Assembly: GCA_049320885.1 (NCBI GenBank)
Contig: JBMORA010000047.1
Coordinates: forward strand, 14,754 to 78,753
Direction: 5' to 3'
Source of the DNA: Thermodesulfobacteriota bacterium
Lineage (GTDB): Bacteria > Desulfobacterota > Desulfobacteria > Desulfobacterales > SURF-7
Length of the DNA: 64,000 nt
Below, piece by piece: positions 26,536-36,887 of the stretch. Every line of letters starts with the position of its first letter. Position 1 is the first letter of the stretch. A model generated the notes under the pieces. That model did not search any database, was not told the DNA's origin, and worked only from the letters and a program-made list of their open reading frames with translations. Made by a program: the position numbers and the translations under genes.

Positions 26536-29487
26536 TCAGGAAGTTGGTACGGAAAGGAAGTCCATCAGTTGTTCCCGGGAGAAGGCCTTGACCACTTCCG
26601 GATCGTCTTCTTTCACAATGGTGTCCAGCAGGTTGCGCTTCCTGGCGATGATGGCGGCTATCTTTTCTTCCAGGGTTCCCTGGGTCACCAGCTTGAACAC
26701 CTGGACGCCGCGGCTTTGGCCGATGCGATGAACCCGGTCCGTGGCCTGATCCTCCCTGGCCGCGTTCCACCAGCGGTCATAATGAATCACGACGGATGCC
26801 GAAACCAGATCGATCCCCACTCCGCCGGCCTTGAGACTGCCCACAAAGACACGGCAATCCGCATCGTTATTGAACCGGTCGATGATGGCGCCGCGGTTGC
26901 GGGAGCTACCCGTCAAAACCACCGACGGGATGCCTTCCTGATCCAGATAATGCCGGATCATCCGGATCATTCCGAGATACTGGCTATAAACAACGATTTT
27001 CTGACCGCTTTCCAACGACAGGGACAGCAGTTCCTTGAATGCCTCCCATTTGCCGGATTCATAGCGGGAGAATTCCTCCGGTCTGTCTTTCAACAGGGCC
27101 GGATGGTTGCAGATTTGCTTCAGGATGTTCAGCAGGGCGAAAATATGCAGATAGGGGATATTCTGTTCCCCCTGCCGCAGAATTTGTAACAAGCGACGCC
27201 CTTTTGACTGGATGGCGTCGTTGTAAAGCCTGACCTGGTCTTCGCTCAGGGAGCAGAAGCGCAGGTCTTCGATTTTAGGGGGTAGTTCATCGAGAACCGA
27301 GGTTTTCAGACGTCTGAGGGTGAAGGGAGAGATCAGGCGGCGGAGTTCCTTGCTTCTTTCTCCGGTTGGATATTGGGCGATTGGCTGGGCATAGCGCTGC
27401 TGAAACCCCGCATCGGTACCCAGGTATCCCGGAATCACGAGATCCATCAGGACCTTCAGTTCATCCAGCCGGTTCTCGATGGGGGTGCCGGTCGCCCCCA
27501 CTTTCATCTCCGCCCGGATCCGGGCTGCCGCTTCATATGCCTTTGTTTCCGGATTTTTTATAAACTGGGCCTCGTCAAAGACGGCCAGGGTGAATTCCCG
27601 GGGCATCAAGAGCGGGAGATCCCGCCGGAGAACCCCATAGGAGGTGAGCAATACGGTATTCCGATCCAGGGCTTTCAGTTCCCGGTCTCCGCCGTGGTAT
27701 ACAACCGTTTTCAGGCCCGGCGCATGTTCCCGGATTTTTCGCATCCAGTGGCTGATGACCGTTGTGGGACAGACGACCAGGAACGGTTTGCGGGTTTTGG
27801 AATGCTCCAGGAGCCATGTCATCAGAGCCATGAGTTGATGGGTTTTGCCCAGCCCCATATCATCACAGAGCAACCCGCCGAAACGATTTTCAAACAAGAA
27901 AAAGAGCCATTCGGCGCCGCGCTGTTGATAGCCTCTCAGTTTTGACGTCATCCCGCAACATTCCGGTATGCTTGCAGAGGGTTTCAGTTCCAGAAGTCGC
28001 CGGAGTCGGTCGGAAGGATCGCTTTCCCCTTTGACTTCCAGGCTGCCCGCCGCTTGAAGTCTATAGAGGTCCATGGCGGAAATGCGATAGGTTCCGGGCG
28101 GACCCGCGGGCGCCTCGGTCTGGAAAATCCGTTCAATCATGGCCAGTCCTTCGCCCTGAAAAGACTGGCAGTCAAGCCAGCCTTCCCTGATGGGCAGGAA
28201 CCGCTGCCGGTGCTTGCGGGCATCGAGAATTTCCTGGAGGGAAATGGAACCGCCGCCAACCCCATATTGCACGGAAAGCCAGTACCAGTCCCTCTCCATG
28301 GCGACGGGTTCAATCTCGATGCGTTCGAAGGTTCTGAATATCCGCATGTTCCGGACGGAATCATCCACAATGTGCGGCGGTTTCCAGATGTCGTCGCCGA
28401 ATTGTTCCAGAATCAACGGGATGTTCTTGTTTCGTACAACCTTGCTGAAAGTGTTCCGGAATTTTTCCGAAATGGGGTCCGGTTGGGCCAGCCGGATGAA
28501 AACATTTCTGTCTTTCAAAAAGAACAACTGGTTGTACCGGAAAGGCTCCAGCGCTTTGCGTTCAAAATAATGCTCGGCGCCGGTTTCATCTCGGAAATGC
28601 AAATAATGCTGCAGCACCAGATCTCTGCGCTTGTTGAGGCGCATCCGAACGATGGAGGCGGCCGGATGCGGATGAATGGGGATACCGGAGGGACCCTCCA
28701 ATATGCTTTTCAGTTTTCCCAGAGCCATGGGAGCCTTATCCCGCGGCAGAAAGATGCGCAGGAAAGTCCGGTCGCCGGCGTCAGCAATCACCAGGCTGCA
28801 GGAACCGTTTTCGGGATGGATGTTCATCCGCGGAGGGAAACATCGCCCTTGGGTGCGCCGGAACAGGTGGTACATCACTTTATACCAGAGTCCCTCCTCC
28901 ATGGCGCACCTGCGGGTCATGGCGCCGCGTTCCAGCATGAGACGCTCCGTGGGGGACATGGTCAAAGCGGCCATTTGGTGCAATACCGGCAACCGCCGGA
29001 AATCATCGGTGCCTTCTGGATTGGGACAGCAGCGGGAACAGAACAGTTCCGCATCCGTCATCTCCACTCCGGATTGCTGGCTTGAAGAATCCGGGTAATA
29101 GGTCAACAGCGGCATTTCCTTGGCGTCGATCAGGCTTACAGTTCCATTTTCCGCCGGAGTGTTCGGATCAAGACGGATGTCCCTCGGCGAGACCCGGGAA
29201 ATTTCGAACATGACAGCTACCAGTTGATGGAACAGACTGTTGCGAAATGTAGTATCAAATTCACCTGTCGGCGATTCGCGCTGAAGACCGCCGATGATCT
29301 TCGACAGTTCCTTGATATGGGCGCATGTTTTTTTGCTGCCTTGCCGGCAGCTGCAATAACGGCTTTCCCTCGTCAGACCGTTGGAGCGAATCCAGACGGC
29401 GACGCCGGGATTCGCATCCTGCCTCGTAGGGAAAAGGGCGATGGCGTCGCGGTGATATTCAATTCGCCACTCCGGCCGGCTATCCAT
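26536..29487 (-). CDS. SNF2-family helicase with N-terminal SWIM-like Zn finger
   Basis: CSC...CAH, LCDDMGLGKT, DEAQ, TGTPIEN, SLKAGGVG, QATDRVHRIGQ. Confidence 0.92.
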   Translation of the reverse strand: MDSRPEWRIEYHRDAIALFPTRQDANPGVAVWIRSNGLTRESRYCSCRQGSKKTCAHIKELSKIIGGLQRESPTGEFDTTFRNSLFHQLVAVMFEISRVSPRDIRLDPNTPAENGTVSLIDAKEMPLLTYYPDSSSQQSGVEMTDAELFCSRCCPNPEGTDDFRRLPVLHQMAALTMSPTERLMLERGAMTRRCAMEEGLWYKVMYHLFRRTQGRCFPPRMNIHPENGSCSLVIADAGDRTFLRIFLPRDKAPMALGKLKSILEGPSGIPIHPHPAASIVRMRLNKRRDLVLQHYLHFRDETGAEHYFERKALEPFRYNQLFFLKDRNVFIRLAQPDPISEKFRNTFSKVVRNKNIPLILEQFGDDIWKPPHIVDDSVRNMRIFRTFERIEIEPVAMERDWYWLSVQYGVGGGSISLQEILDARKHRQRFLPIREGWLDCQSFQGEGLAMIERIFQTEAPAGPPGTYRISAMDLYRLQAAGSLEVKGESDPSDRLRRLLELKPSASIPECCGMTSKLRGYQQRGAEWLFFLFENRFGGLLCDDMGLGKTHQLMALMTWLLEHSKTRKPFLVVCPTTVISHWMRKIREHAPGLKTVVYHGGDRELKALDRNTVLLTSYGVLRRDLPLLMPREFTLAVFDEAQFIKNPETKAYEAAARIRAEMKVGATGTPIENRLDELKVLMDLVIPGYLGTDAGFQQRYAQPIAQYPTGERSKELRRLISPFTLRRLKTSVLDELPPKIEDLRFCSLSEDQVRLYNDAIQSKGRRLLQILRQGEQNIPYLHIFALLNILKQICNHPALLKDRPEEFSRYESGKWEAFKELLSLSLESGQKIVVYSQYLGMIRMIRHYLDQEGIPSVVLTGSSRNRGAIIDRFNNDADCRVFVGSLKAGGVGIDLVSASVVIHYDRWWNAAREDQATDRVHRIGQSRGVQVFKLVTQGTLEEKIAAIIARKRNLLDTIVKEDDPEVVKAFSREQLMDFLSVPTS

Positions 29488-30331
29488 CTTCCCCCACCAC
29501 ATGCAGCCGGGTTTCCGTATTGGCCAGATAATCGGTCAAGGCGGACGGCGGATGACGGTCGGTGAACAGGGCGTCGATTTCGTCCAGGTTGCCGAGGCGC
29601 ACCATGGCGTTCCGGCCGAATTTCGTATGGTCGGCGGCCAGGAAGACGCTGCGGGAATTGTCGATGATGGCTCTGGCGGCCCGCACCTCCCGATAATCGA
29701 AATCCAGCAGGGTGCCGTCTAGGTCGATGCCGCTGATGCCGATGATGCCGAAATCGACTTTGAACTGGCGGATGAAATCAATGGCTGCCTCGCCGATGAT
29801 ACCGCCGTCGCGGCTGCGCACCAGTCCGCCGGTGACGATGATTTCAAACCCTTCGTTTTTGCTCAGGATGGCGGCCACGTTCAGGTTGTTGGTGATCACC
29901 CGCAAGCCGCGATGACGGCAGAGGGCCTCGGCCACCGCTTCCGTGGTGGTTCCGATGTTGATGAACAGGGAGGAGTGGTTCGGGATATGCTGGACAAGGG
30001 CCTGGGCGATTTTCTGTTTTTCGTGCAGGCAGAGAACCCGGCGTTCCGGATAGGAGACATTTTCCGTGCTGAGGGTGTTGGCTGCTCCTCCATGGTAGCG
30101 GTGCAGCAGGCCTTCATCGCTAAGGGTCTGGATGTCCCGCCGGATGGTCTGGGGGGTGACGTCGAACCGGTTGGCCAGGGTTTCGATGGTCACGAAACCC
30201 TGTTCCCGGACGGCTTCCAGGATGCGGGCATGACGGTTGCGGACAGTGGCGGATTTGCCGTCGCCGTCCAGAGCCGGTTGCGGACCGCGGGATCGTCCGG
30301 CCATGATTTTTTTCTGTTCCCCTTCGGTCAT
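29480..30331 (-). CDS. glpR: DeoR-family glycerol-3-phosphate regulon repressor
   Basis: VTPQTIRRD HTH, RYHGGA, INIGTT, LLDFDYREV; AAGGAG RBS; divergent from the glp transport operon. Confidence 0.88.
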   Translation of the reverse strand: MTEGEQKKIMAGRSRGPQPALDGDGKSATVRNRHARILEAVREQGFVTIETLANRFDVTPQTIRRDIQTLSDEGLLHRYHGGAANTLSTENVSYPERRVLCLHEKQKIAQALVQHIPNHSSLFINIGTTTEAVAEALCRHRGLRVITNNLNVAAILSKNEGFEIIVTGGLVRSRDGGIIGEAAIDFIRQFKVDFGIIGISGIDLDGTLLDFDYREVRAARAIIDNSRSVFLAADHTKFGRNAMVRLGNLDEIDALFTDRHPPSALTDYLANTETRLHVVGEDG

Positions 30332-30458
30332 GTCTGCTATACTCCTTCGAACCGGTGTAACCGGTGGGGCCGACCCTATCACATTTCGACCGCCACGGAA
30401 AAAGGATTTTCACGTTCCCGCGCCCACCGTGGTTTGGAAAGTAGCGCGTTTCATTTTA

Positions 30459-30551
30459 TTTTGTTTTTCGAAAATATAAACTGTAAAATTTTGCTTTACG
30501 AAACTAATCCGTGACAATTTTGTTTGTTTATGATAATTTCACGAAACAAAA
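30459..30551. promoter_or_regulatory. Putative GlpR operator array
   Basis: TTTTGTTTTTCGAAA (30459), TTTTGCTTTACGAAA (30489) and inverted TTTCACGAAACAAAA (30537) in an AT-rich divergent promoter. Confidence 0.55.
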
Positions 30552-30602
30552 TGAAAAGTCAAGCCGGTTCGGTACAGCGACCCCCAACACGGGAGACAGT
30601 TC

Positions 30603-31700
30603 ATGGGATTGTCCCTTCAGCATGTCGATAAACTTGTCGGCCGTCAAATCCATCTGAAAGAAATCAATATTGAATTCGAAAACGGTTCCCGGAATATCAT
30701 TCTGGGACGGACCCTGGCCGGCAAGACGTCCCTCTTGCGCATCATGGCCGGTCTGGACAAGCCTTCCAGGGGGAAAATCCTGATCGACGGCAAGGATTTC
30801 ACCGGTGTTTCGGTTCGCCGGCGCAACGTCGCCATGGTCTATCAACAGTTCATTAATTATCCCTCCCTGACCGTTTACGACAATATCGCCTCGCCCCTGA
30901 AAATGAGCGGGTGGAAAAAACCGGAGATCGACAAACAGGTCCGCCGGACGGCGGAAATCCTTCATATCGAAAAGCTGCTGGACCGCCTGCCCGCCGAACT
31001 CAGCGGGGGGCAGCAGCAGCGAACCGCCATTGCCCGGGCCTTGGTCAAGGAAACCAAATTGTTGCTTCTCGATGAACCGCTGGTGAATCTGGATTATAAA
31101 CTGCGGGAAGAATTGCGCTCCGAATTGCAGGATATTTTCCGCCAGCGGGAAGCCATTGTCGTCTACACCACCACCGAGCCCACCGAGGCCCTGATGCTGG
31201 GCGGGAATGTCGTGGTGATCGATGAGGGCCGCGTGTTGCAGACCGGGCCGACGGCGCAGGTCTATCACCATCCGGCAACGCTCAAGGTGGCGGAGATTTT
31301 CAGTGATCCGCCCATCAACTATTTGCCGGGTGTGGTCGACGGGGGCGGTATGCGTTTCGGGGACAACATCCGTATCCCCCTCACTGCCCACTTCCGGAAC
31401 CTGCGGGCAGGGAATTACCGGATCGGTATCCGGTCGAACCATCTGTTTTTATCCCGCCGAAGCGGCGGGGACACGGAATTCAAGGGGCATGTGGAGCTCT
31501 CGGAGATCAACGGTTCCGAGACCTTCACCCATCTGAATCACGGCGGCGTGTCGCTGGTGGTGCAGGATGAGGGCGTTTATCCGCATAAAATCGGTACGGA
31601 AATCTCTGTTTTCGTGAATCCGGAAACCTTGTTCATCTATGACGATCAAGGCGCGTTGGTCGCATCCCCGGGAAGCGGGGGGCATATTCGCAACGATTGA
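30603..31700 (+). CDS. glpS: Glycerol ABC transporter ATPase 1
   Basis: GRTLAGKT, LSGGQQQR, LDYKLREEL; operon context. Confidence 0.85.
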   Translation: MGLSLQHVDKLVGRQIHLKEINIEFENGSRNIILGRTLAGKTSLLRIMAGLDKPSRGKILIDGKDFTGVSVRRRNVAMVYQQFINYPSLTVYDNIASPLKMSGWKKPEIDKQVRRTAEILHIEKLLDRLPAELSGGQQQRTAIARALVKETKLLLLDEPLVNLDYKLREELRSELQDIFRQREAIVVYTTTEPTEALMLGGNVVVIDEGRVLQTGPTAQVYHHPATLKVAEIFSDPPINYLPGVVDGGGMRFGDNIRIPLTAHFRNLRAGNYRIGIRSNHLFLSRRSGGDTEFKGHVELSEINGSETFTHLNHGGVSLVVQDEGVYPHKIGTEISVFVNPETLFIYDDQGALVASPGSGGHIRND

Positions 31701-31710
31701 GGAACATCCC

Positions 31711-32796
31711 ATGGCAAGGATCGAACTCCACCAGATCGCGCACAGTTACCTGCGCAGGCCGAAAACTGCGGCGGATTACGCCCTGAAACGCATTCAGTAT
31801 GAATGGGAAGACGGCGGGGCGTATGCGCTTCTCGGGCCGTCCGGATGCGGGAAGACTACCCTGCTCAACATCATATCCGGTCTGCTCACGCCCAGCGAGG
31901 GGCAGGTGCTTTTTAACGGCAGGGAGGTGACCCTGATGCCGCCGGACAAGCGCAACATCGCCCAGGTGTTTCAGTTTCCGGTTCTGTACGACACCATGTC
32001 GGTCTACGACAATCTCGCTTTTCCCCTGCGCAACCGGCGAATCGCTGAAACGGATGTCCGGATTCGGGTTCTGGAAGTCGCGGAAATTCTGGAGCTGACG
32101 CCGTATTTACATAAAAAGGCCGCGGGATTGACCGCCGACGCCAAGCAGAAAATCTCCCTGGGCCGGGGACTGGTCCGCAGCGATGTGGCGGCGATTCTCT
32201 TTGACGAGCCGCTGACGGTCATCGACCCGCATCTCAAATGGCATCTTCGCAGAAAGCTGAAGGACATCCATGACCAGTTGAAGCTGACCCTGATTTATGT
32301 CACCCATGATCAGGTGGAAGCCATGACCTTCGCCGACAAGGTGATGGTCATGTACGAAGGGGAACTGGTTCAGATCGGCACGCCCCAGGAACTGTTCGAA
32401 GCCCCGCAGCACAAATTCGTGGGGTATTTCATCGGCAGTCCCGGGATGAATTTTCTGGAGTGTGATCTGGATGGCGCCGTGGCCCGGGTGAACGGCGCCG
32501 AAATCGCCCTGGAGGCGGAAACCGCGGCCCTGGCGGCGAAAGCCCGGGGACGGCTGGAACTGGGGATTCGGCCCATGTATCTGGAAGTGCATGCGCGCGA
32601 AGTGGCGGGTGGTATTCCGGCGATGGTCCGGACGGTGGAGGATCAGGGCAGTTACAGGATCGTGACCCTGCTGCTGGCGGAAAGGCTGCTGCGGGCAAAA
32701 GTCCGCGAAGGCCAATCCGTTCCCGGCGGAAGCGCCTGGGTGCGGTTCCCGCCGGAGAAAACCCGCTTGTTCGCCGACGGAAAATTGATCCGATAG
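31711..32796 (+). CDS. glpT: Glycerol ABC transporter ATPase 2 (rhizobial GlpT, not the MFS GlpT)
   Basis: GPSGCGKT, degenerate signature LTADAKQKISLGRGLVR, DEPLTVIDPHLKW. Confidence 0.85.
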   Translation: MARIELHQIAHSYLRRPKTAADYALKRIQYEWEDGGAYALLGPSGCGKTTLLNIISGLLTPSEGQVLFNGREVTLMPPDKRNIAQVFQFPVLYDTMSVYDNLAFPLRNRRIAETDVRIRVLEVAEILELTPYLHKKAAGLTADAKQKISLGRGLVRSDVAAILFDEPLTVIDPHLKWHLRRKLKDIHDQLKLTLIYVTHDQVEAMTFADKVMVMYEGELVQIGTPQELFEAPQHKFVGYFIGSPGMNFLECDLDGAVARVNGAEIALEAETAALAAKARGRLELGIRPMYLEVHAREVAGGIPAMVRTVEDQGSYRIVTLLLAERLLRAKVREGQSVPGGSAWVRFPPEKTRLFADGKLIR

Positions 32797-32809
32797 GAGA
32801 GGCCTGGGT

Positions 32810-33682
32810 ATGGAAAAATGGGAAAGCAACAAAGCCTGGTTTCTGGTGTTGCCGGTTTTCGTCATCGTGGCCTTCAGCGCCGTGGTTCCGCTGATGACCG
32901 TGGTGAATTACTCGGTCCAGGATATTTTCGGACCCGGTCAGCGGATTTTTGTGGGGACCGAATTCTTCAAGGAGGTTCTGCAGGACAAACGCCTGCATGA
33001 CGCCTTGTGGCGGCAGTTTTTGTTTTCCGGCCTCGTCCTGCTCATCGAAATCCCCCTGGGCGTCCTGATCGCCCTGGCCATGCCCAAGAAAGGCGGGTGG
33101 GTGTCCGTCAATCTCGTCACCCTGGCGCTGCCCCTTTTGATCCCCTGGAACGTCATCGGGACCATCTGGATTATTTTCACCCGTCCCGACATCGGCTTGT
33201 TCGGCGCGGCGATCAACCATCTCGGCGTGGCCTTCGACCACACCGCCAAGCCGCTGGATGCCTGGATCACCGTGATGCTCATGGAAGTCTGGCATTGGAC
33301 GCCCCTGGTGGCGCTCCTGGCCTATGCCGGTCTGCGTTCCATCCCCGAGGCTTATTATCAGGCGGCCAAAATCGACGGCGCTTCGGCCTGGGCGACATTC
33401 CGGTACATCCAGCTGCCGAAAATGCGCGGCGTGCTGACCATCGCGGTCCTGTTGCGCTTCATGGACAGTTTTCTGATTTACGCCGAACCCTTTGTGCTCA
33501 CCGGCGGCGGTCCCGGCAACGCCACGACGTTTCTGTCGATCTATCTGGTGAAAATCGCGGTGGGGCAATTCGATCTGGGACCGGCAGCGGCCTTTTCACT
33601 GGTTTATTTTCTCATCATCCTGCTATTCAGTTTTTTGTTCTACCAGGCCCTGCAGAATGTCGGTAAAGGAGAAAAAAAATGA
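32810..33682 (+). CDS. glpP: Glycerol ABC permease
   Basis: NKAWFLVLP, WHWTPLVALL, EAA loop. Confidence 0.85.
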   Translation: MEKWESNKAWFLVLPVFVIVAFSAVVPLMTVVNYSVQDIFGPGQRIFVGTEFFKEVLQDKRLHDALWRQFLFSGLVLLIEIPLGVLIALAMPKKGGWVSVNLVTLALPLLIPWNVIGTIWIIFTRPDIGLFGAAINHLGVAFDHTAKPLDAWITVMLMEVWHWTPLVALLAYAGLRSIPEAYYQAAKIDGASAWATFRYIQLPKMRGVLTIAVLLRFMDSFLIYAEPFVLTGGGPGNATTFLSIYLVKIAVGQFDLGPAAAFSLVYFLIILLFSFLFYQALQNVGKGEKK

Positions 33683-34482
33683 AGGCAAGAAAAAGGGTGT
33701 TCGGACTGGTCCTGTATATGGGCCTGCTGATGCTGCCGATCTACTGGATGCTGAATATGTCGCTGCGGACCAACGCCGACATTCTCGGAACCTTCTCCTT
33801 ATACCCGAATTCACCGACCCTGGCCAATTACATCAAAATTTTCACGGAAGCGTCCTGGTATTCCGGCTATATCAATTCCATCATTTACGTCAGCATCAAT
33901 ACCGTCATTTCGCTGGCGACGGCGCTGCCGGCGGCCTATGCATTTTCCCGTTTCCGGTTTCTGGGGGACAAGCACATGTTCTTCTGGCTGCTGACCAACC
34001 GGATGGCGCCGGCGGCGGTTTTCCTGCTGCCCTTTTTTCAACTGTATTCCACGTTCAACCTGATCGATACCCATATTGCGGTGGCCCTGGCCCATTGTCT
34101 GTTCAATGTCCCCCTGGCGGTATGGATATTGGAGGGCTTCATGTCCGGAATTCCCCGCGAAATCGATGAAACGGCTTTCATCGACGGATACGGTTTCCCG
34201 CGGTTTTTTTTCACCATTTTCATCCCGCTGATCCGGGCCGGGGTCGGGGTGACCGCTTTTTTCTGTTTCATGTTTTCCTGGGTGGAGCTGCTGTTCGCCC
34301 GAACCCTGACGACCACCAACGCCAAACCCATTGCGGCCACCATGACCCGCACGGTGAGCGCCACGGGACTCGACTGGGGGTTGCTGGCGGCGGCCGGGAT
34401 GTTGACCATCGTTCCCGGCGCCCTGGTGATCTGGTTCGTACGCAATCATTTGGCCAAGGGGTTCGCCCTGGGCCGCGTATAG
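33679..34482 (+). CDS. glpQ: Glycerol ABC permease
   Basis: GDKHMFFWLLTNRMAP, EIDETAFIDG, FALGRV. Confidence 0.85.
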   Translation: MKARKRVFGLVLYMGLLMLPIYWMLNMSLRTNADILGTFSLYPNSPTLANYIKIFTEASWYSGYINSIIYVSINTVISLATALPAAYAFSRFRFLGDKHMFFWLLTNRMAPAAVFLLPFFQLYSTFNLIDTHIAVALAHCLFNVPLAVWILEGFMSGIPREIDETAFIDGYGFPRFFFTIFIPLIRAGVGVTAFFCFMFSWVELLFARTLTTTNAKPIAATMTRTVSATGLDWGLLAAAGMLTIVPGALVIWFVRNHLAKGFALGRV

Positions 34483-34494
34483 AAAGGAAAGACC

Positions 34495-34773
34495 ATGAAT
34501 CTGGAGTGGATGGCCTGGACTTTTCCGACCGCGTTGTTTTTTACAGGCATTGTCCTGATCCTGACGGCCATGACCATCTGGCAGGTGCTGGCCCCCAGTG
34601 TCGAGCGGCGGGGCTTTCTGCCCATGCGGACCACCCCCGGCGACCGTCTCTTTATCGGCCTGCTGGGAAGCGCCTATATCCACCTGGTCTGGATAGGGCT
34701 CACGAATTATACCCTGTGGATCGCTTTCGCTATTGCAATCGTCTGGCTGATCGTGGTAATGATATGGGGGTAG
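34495..34773 (+). CDS. glpU: DUF2160 small membrane subunit
   Basis: WMAWT, TTPGDRLFIGLL; position in the operon. Confidence 0.82.
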   Translation: MNLEWMAWTFPTALFFTGIVLILTAMTIWQVLAPSVERRGFLPMRTTPGDRLFIGLLGSAYIHLVWIGLTNYTLWIAFAIAIVWLIVVMIWG

Positions 34774-34974
34774 AGGGCGGTCATCCACAAATCGCCCGAA
34801 AAAATCATACTGCGCGTTTCTTTTTTTATCCTGAAGCAACTCCATAACCACCATCTGTTTTTTTGTTGGCGCTACCTGTAAGTGTTTATGCTGACCGGCG
34901 GTTGCGGCCTTCACACCGGCTGCGTAAACGGACAATCACCATTGAGGGCCGAAAATGAAGAAGGAGGAGGTCGT

Positions 34975-36717
34975 ATGATCATGTTGCTGAGAAGAGCGCT
35001 TTCCCGGGGATTTCTGTTCGGGGGGATCATTGTCTTGCTGACCGGCCTGCTGGCGGGTTCCGCGGCGGCCGACCAGGCAGCGGCGAAAAAATGGATCGAC
35101 AGTGAATTCCAGCCGTCGACGCTGGGCAAGGAAGACCAGATGAAGGAAATGGAATGGTTCATCAAGGCCGCCGAGCCGTTCAAGGGCATGGAGATCAAGG
35201 TGGTTTCCGAAACCATTCCCACCCATGAGTACGAATCCAAAACCATGACCAAGGCCTTCGAGGAGATCACCGGTATCAAAGTGACCCATGATCTGATTCA
35301 GGAAGGCGACGTTATCGAGAAACTGCAAACCCAGATGCAGTCGGGCAGAAATATCTATGACGCCTGGGTGAACGATTCCGACCTGATCGGCACCCATTTC
35401 CGGTACGGTCAGGTGGTGAATCTGACGGACTGGATGGCCGGCGAAGGCAAGGATGCCACCTTGCCCTCACTCGATGTAGACGATTTCATGGGAAAATCTT
35501 TTACCACCGGGCCGGACGGCAAGCTGTACCAACTTCCGGACCAGCAGTTCGCCAACCTGTACTGGTTCCGTTACGACTGGTTCAATCGGCCGGATTTGAA
35601 GAAAAAATTCAAGGAATTGTACGGCTATGAGCTGGGGGTGCCGGTGAACTGGTCCGCCTATGAGGACATCGCCGAATTTTTCTCGGAAAAAGTGAAAGAA
35701 ATCGACGGGGTGAAGATATACGGGCACAACGATTACGGCAAGAAATCCCCGGATCTGGGCTGGCGGTTCACCGACGCCTGGCTGTCCATGGCCGGCACCG
35801 GCGATAAGGGCCTGCCCAACGGCCAACCGGTGGACGAATGGGGCATCCGGGTCGAGGGGTGCCGGCCGGTGGGCGCCAGTGTCAGCCGCGGGGGGGAGGC
35901 CAACGGGCCGTCGGCCAAGTATGCTGTTCGCAAATACATGGAATGGTTGAAAAAATATGCACCTCCGGGCGCCCTGGGCATGGATTTTTATCAATACCTG
36001 CCGTTCCTGGCAAAAGGCAATGTCGCCCAGCAGATCTTCTGGTATACGGCCTTTGTCCCTGACATGGTCGCTCCGGGACCGACGGTCAACGCGGACGGAA
36101 CCCCCAAATGGCGCATGGCGCCCTCTCCCCACGGACCGTATTGGGAAGAAGGCATGAAGCTGGGATATCAGGACTGCGGTTCCTGGACCATGCTGAAGAG
36201 CACGCCGGTGGATCGGCGCAAGGCCGCTTGGTTGTACGCCCAGTTCACGGTGTGCAAGAGCACATCCCTGAAAAAAGCCCATGTCGGTCTGACGCCGATC
36301 CGGGACAGCGACATCCGTCACCAGTCCTTTACCGACCGGGCGCCGAAACTGGGCGGTCTGGTGGAGTTCTACCGCAGCCCGGCGCGCGTCCTCTGGACCC
36401 CCACCGGCACCAATGTCCCGGATTATCCCAAACTGGCCCAGCTCTGGTGGCAAAATATCGGTGAAGCGGTTGCCGGCGAAGTGTCCGTGGATCAGGCCAT
36501 GGACAATCTGGCCCGCGAAATGGATAAGACCATGGAGCGTATCGCCCGTTCCGGAGCCCAGGGCGATTGCGGTCCGAAGCTCAATCCGGAGGAAGACGAG
36601 GCTGCCTGGCTGAACAAACCCGGCGCGCCCAAAGCCAAGGTGGAGGAAAAACCCAAGGGCGAGACCGTCAACTATGATGACCTGATCCAGGCCTGGAAGG
36701 AAGGGCGCGTGAAATAG
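34975..36717 (+). CDS. glpV: Glycerol ABC substrate-binding protein
   Basis: Signal peptide, EFQPSTL, LPDQQFANLYWFR, TGTNVPDYPKLAQLWW; AAGGAGG RBS. Confidence 0.88.
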   Translation: MIMLLRRALSRGFLFGGIIVLLTGLLAGSAAADQAAAKKWIDSEFQPSTLGKEDQMKEMEWFIKAAEPFKGMEIKVVSETIPTHEYESKTMTKAFEEITGIKVTHDLIQEGDVIEKLQTQMQSGRNIYDAWVNDSDLIGTHFRYGQVVNLTDWMAGEGKDATLPSLDVDDFMGKSFTTGPDGKLYQLPDQQFANLYWFRYDWFNRPDLKKKFKELYGYELGVPVNWSAYEDIAEFFSEKVKEIDGVKIYGHNDYGKKSPDLGWRFTDAWLSMAGTGDKGLPNGQPVDEWGIRVEGCRPVGASVSRGGEANGPSAKYAVRKYMEWLKKYAPPGALGMDFYQYLPFLAKGNVAQQIFWYTAFVPDMVAPGPTVNADGTPKWRMAPSPHGPYWEEGMKLGYQDCGSWTMLKSTPVDRRKAAWLYAQFTVCKSTSLKKAHVGLTPIRDSDIRHQSFTDRAPKLGGLVEFYRSPARVLWTPTGTNVPDYPKLAQLWWQNIGEAVAGEVSVDQAMDNLAREMDKTMERIARSGAQGDCGPKLNPEEDEAAWLNKPGAPKAKVEEKPKGETVNYDDLIQAWKEGRVK

Positions 36718-36887
36718 CGCCGGTCTTGTTTATCGCTTTCATGCTGCAACCGATAACCCGCACTCGCCGGGGAAGCGTTCCGGATGCCCGGCCGGCAACC
36801 AGACGTTTCTCCGACGGAGTGCGGCGTCGTTACCATTCTGTGAAATGCATTGGCTGATCCGGGGACAGATGTCAAAGGGGGTAAACA

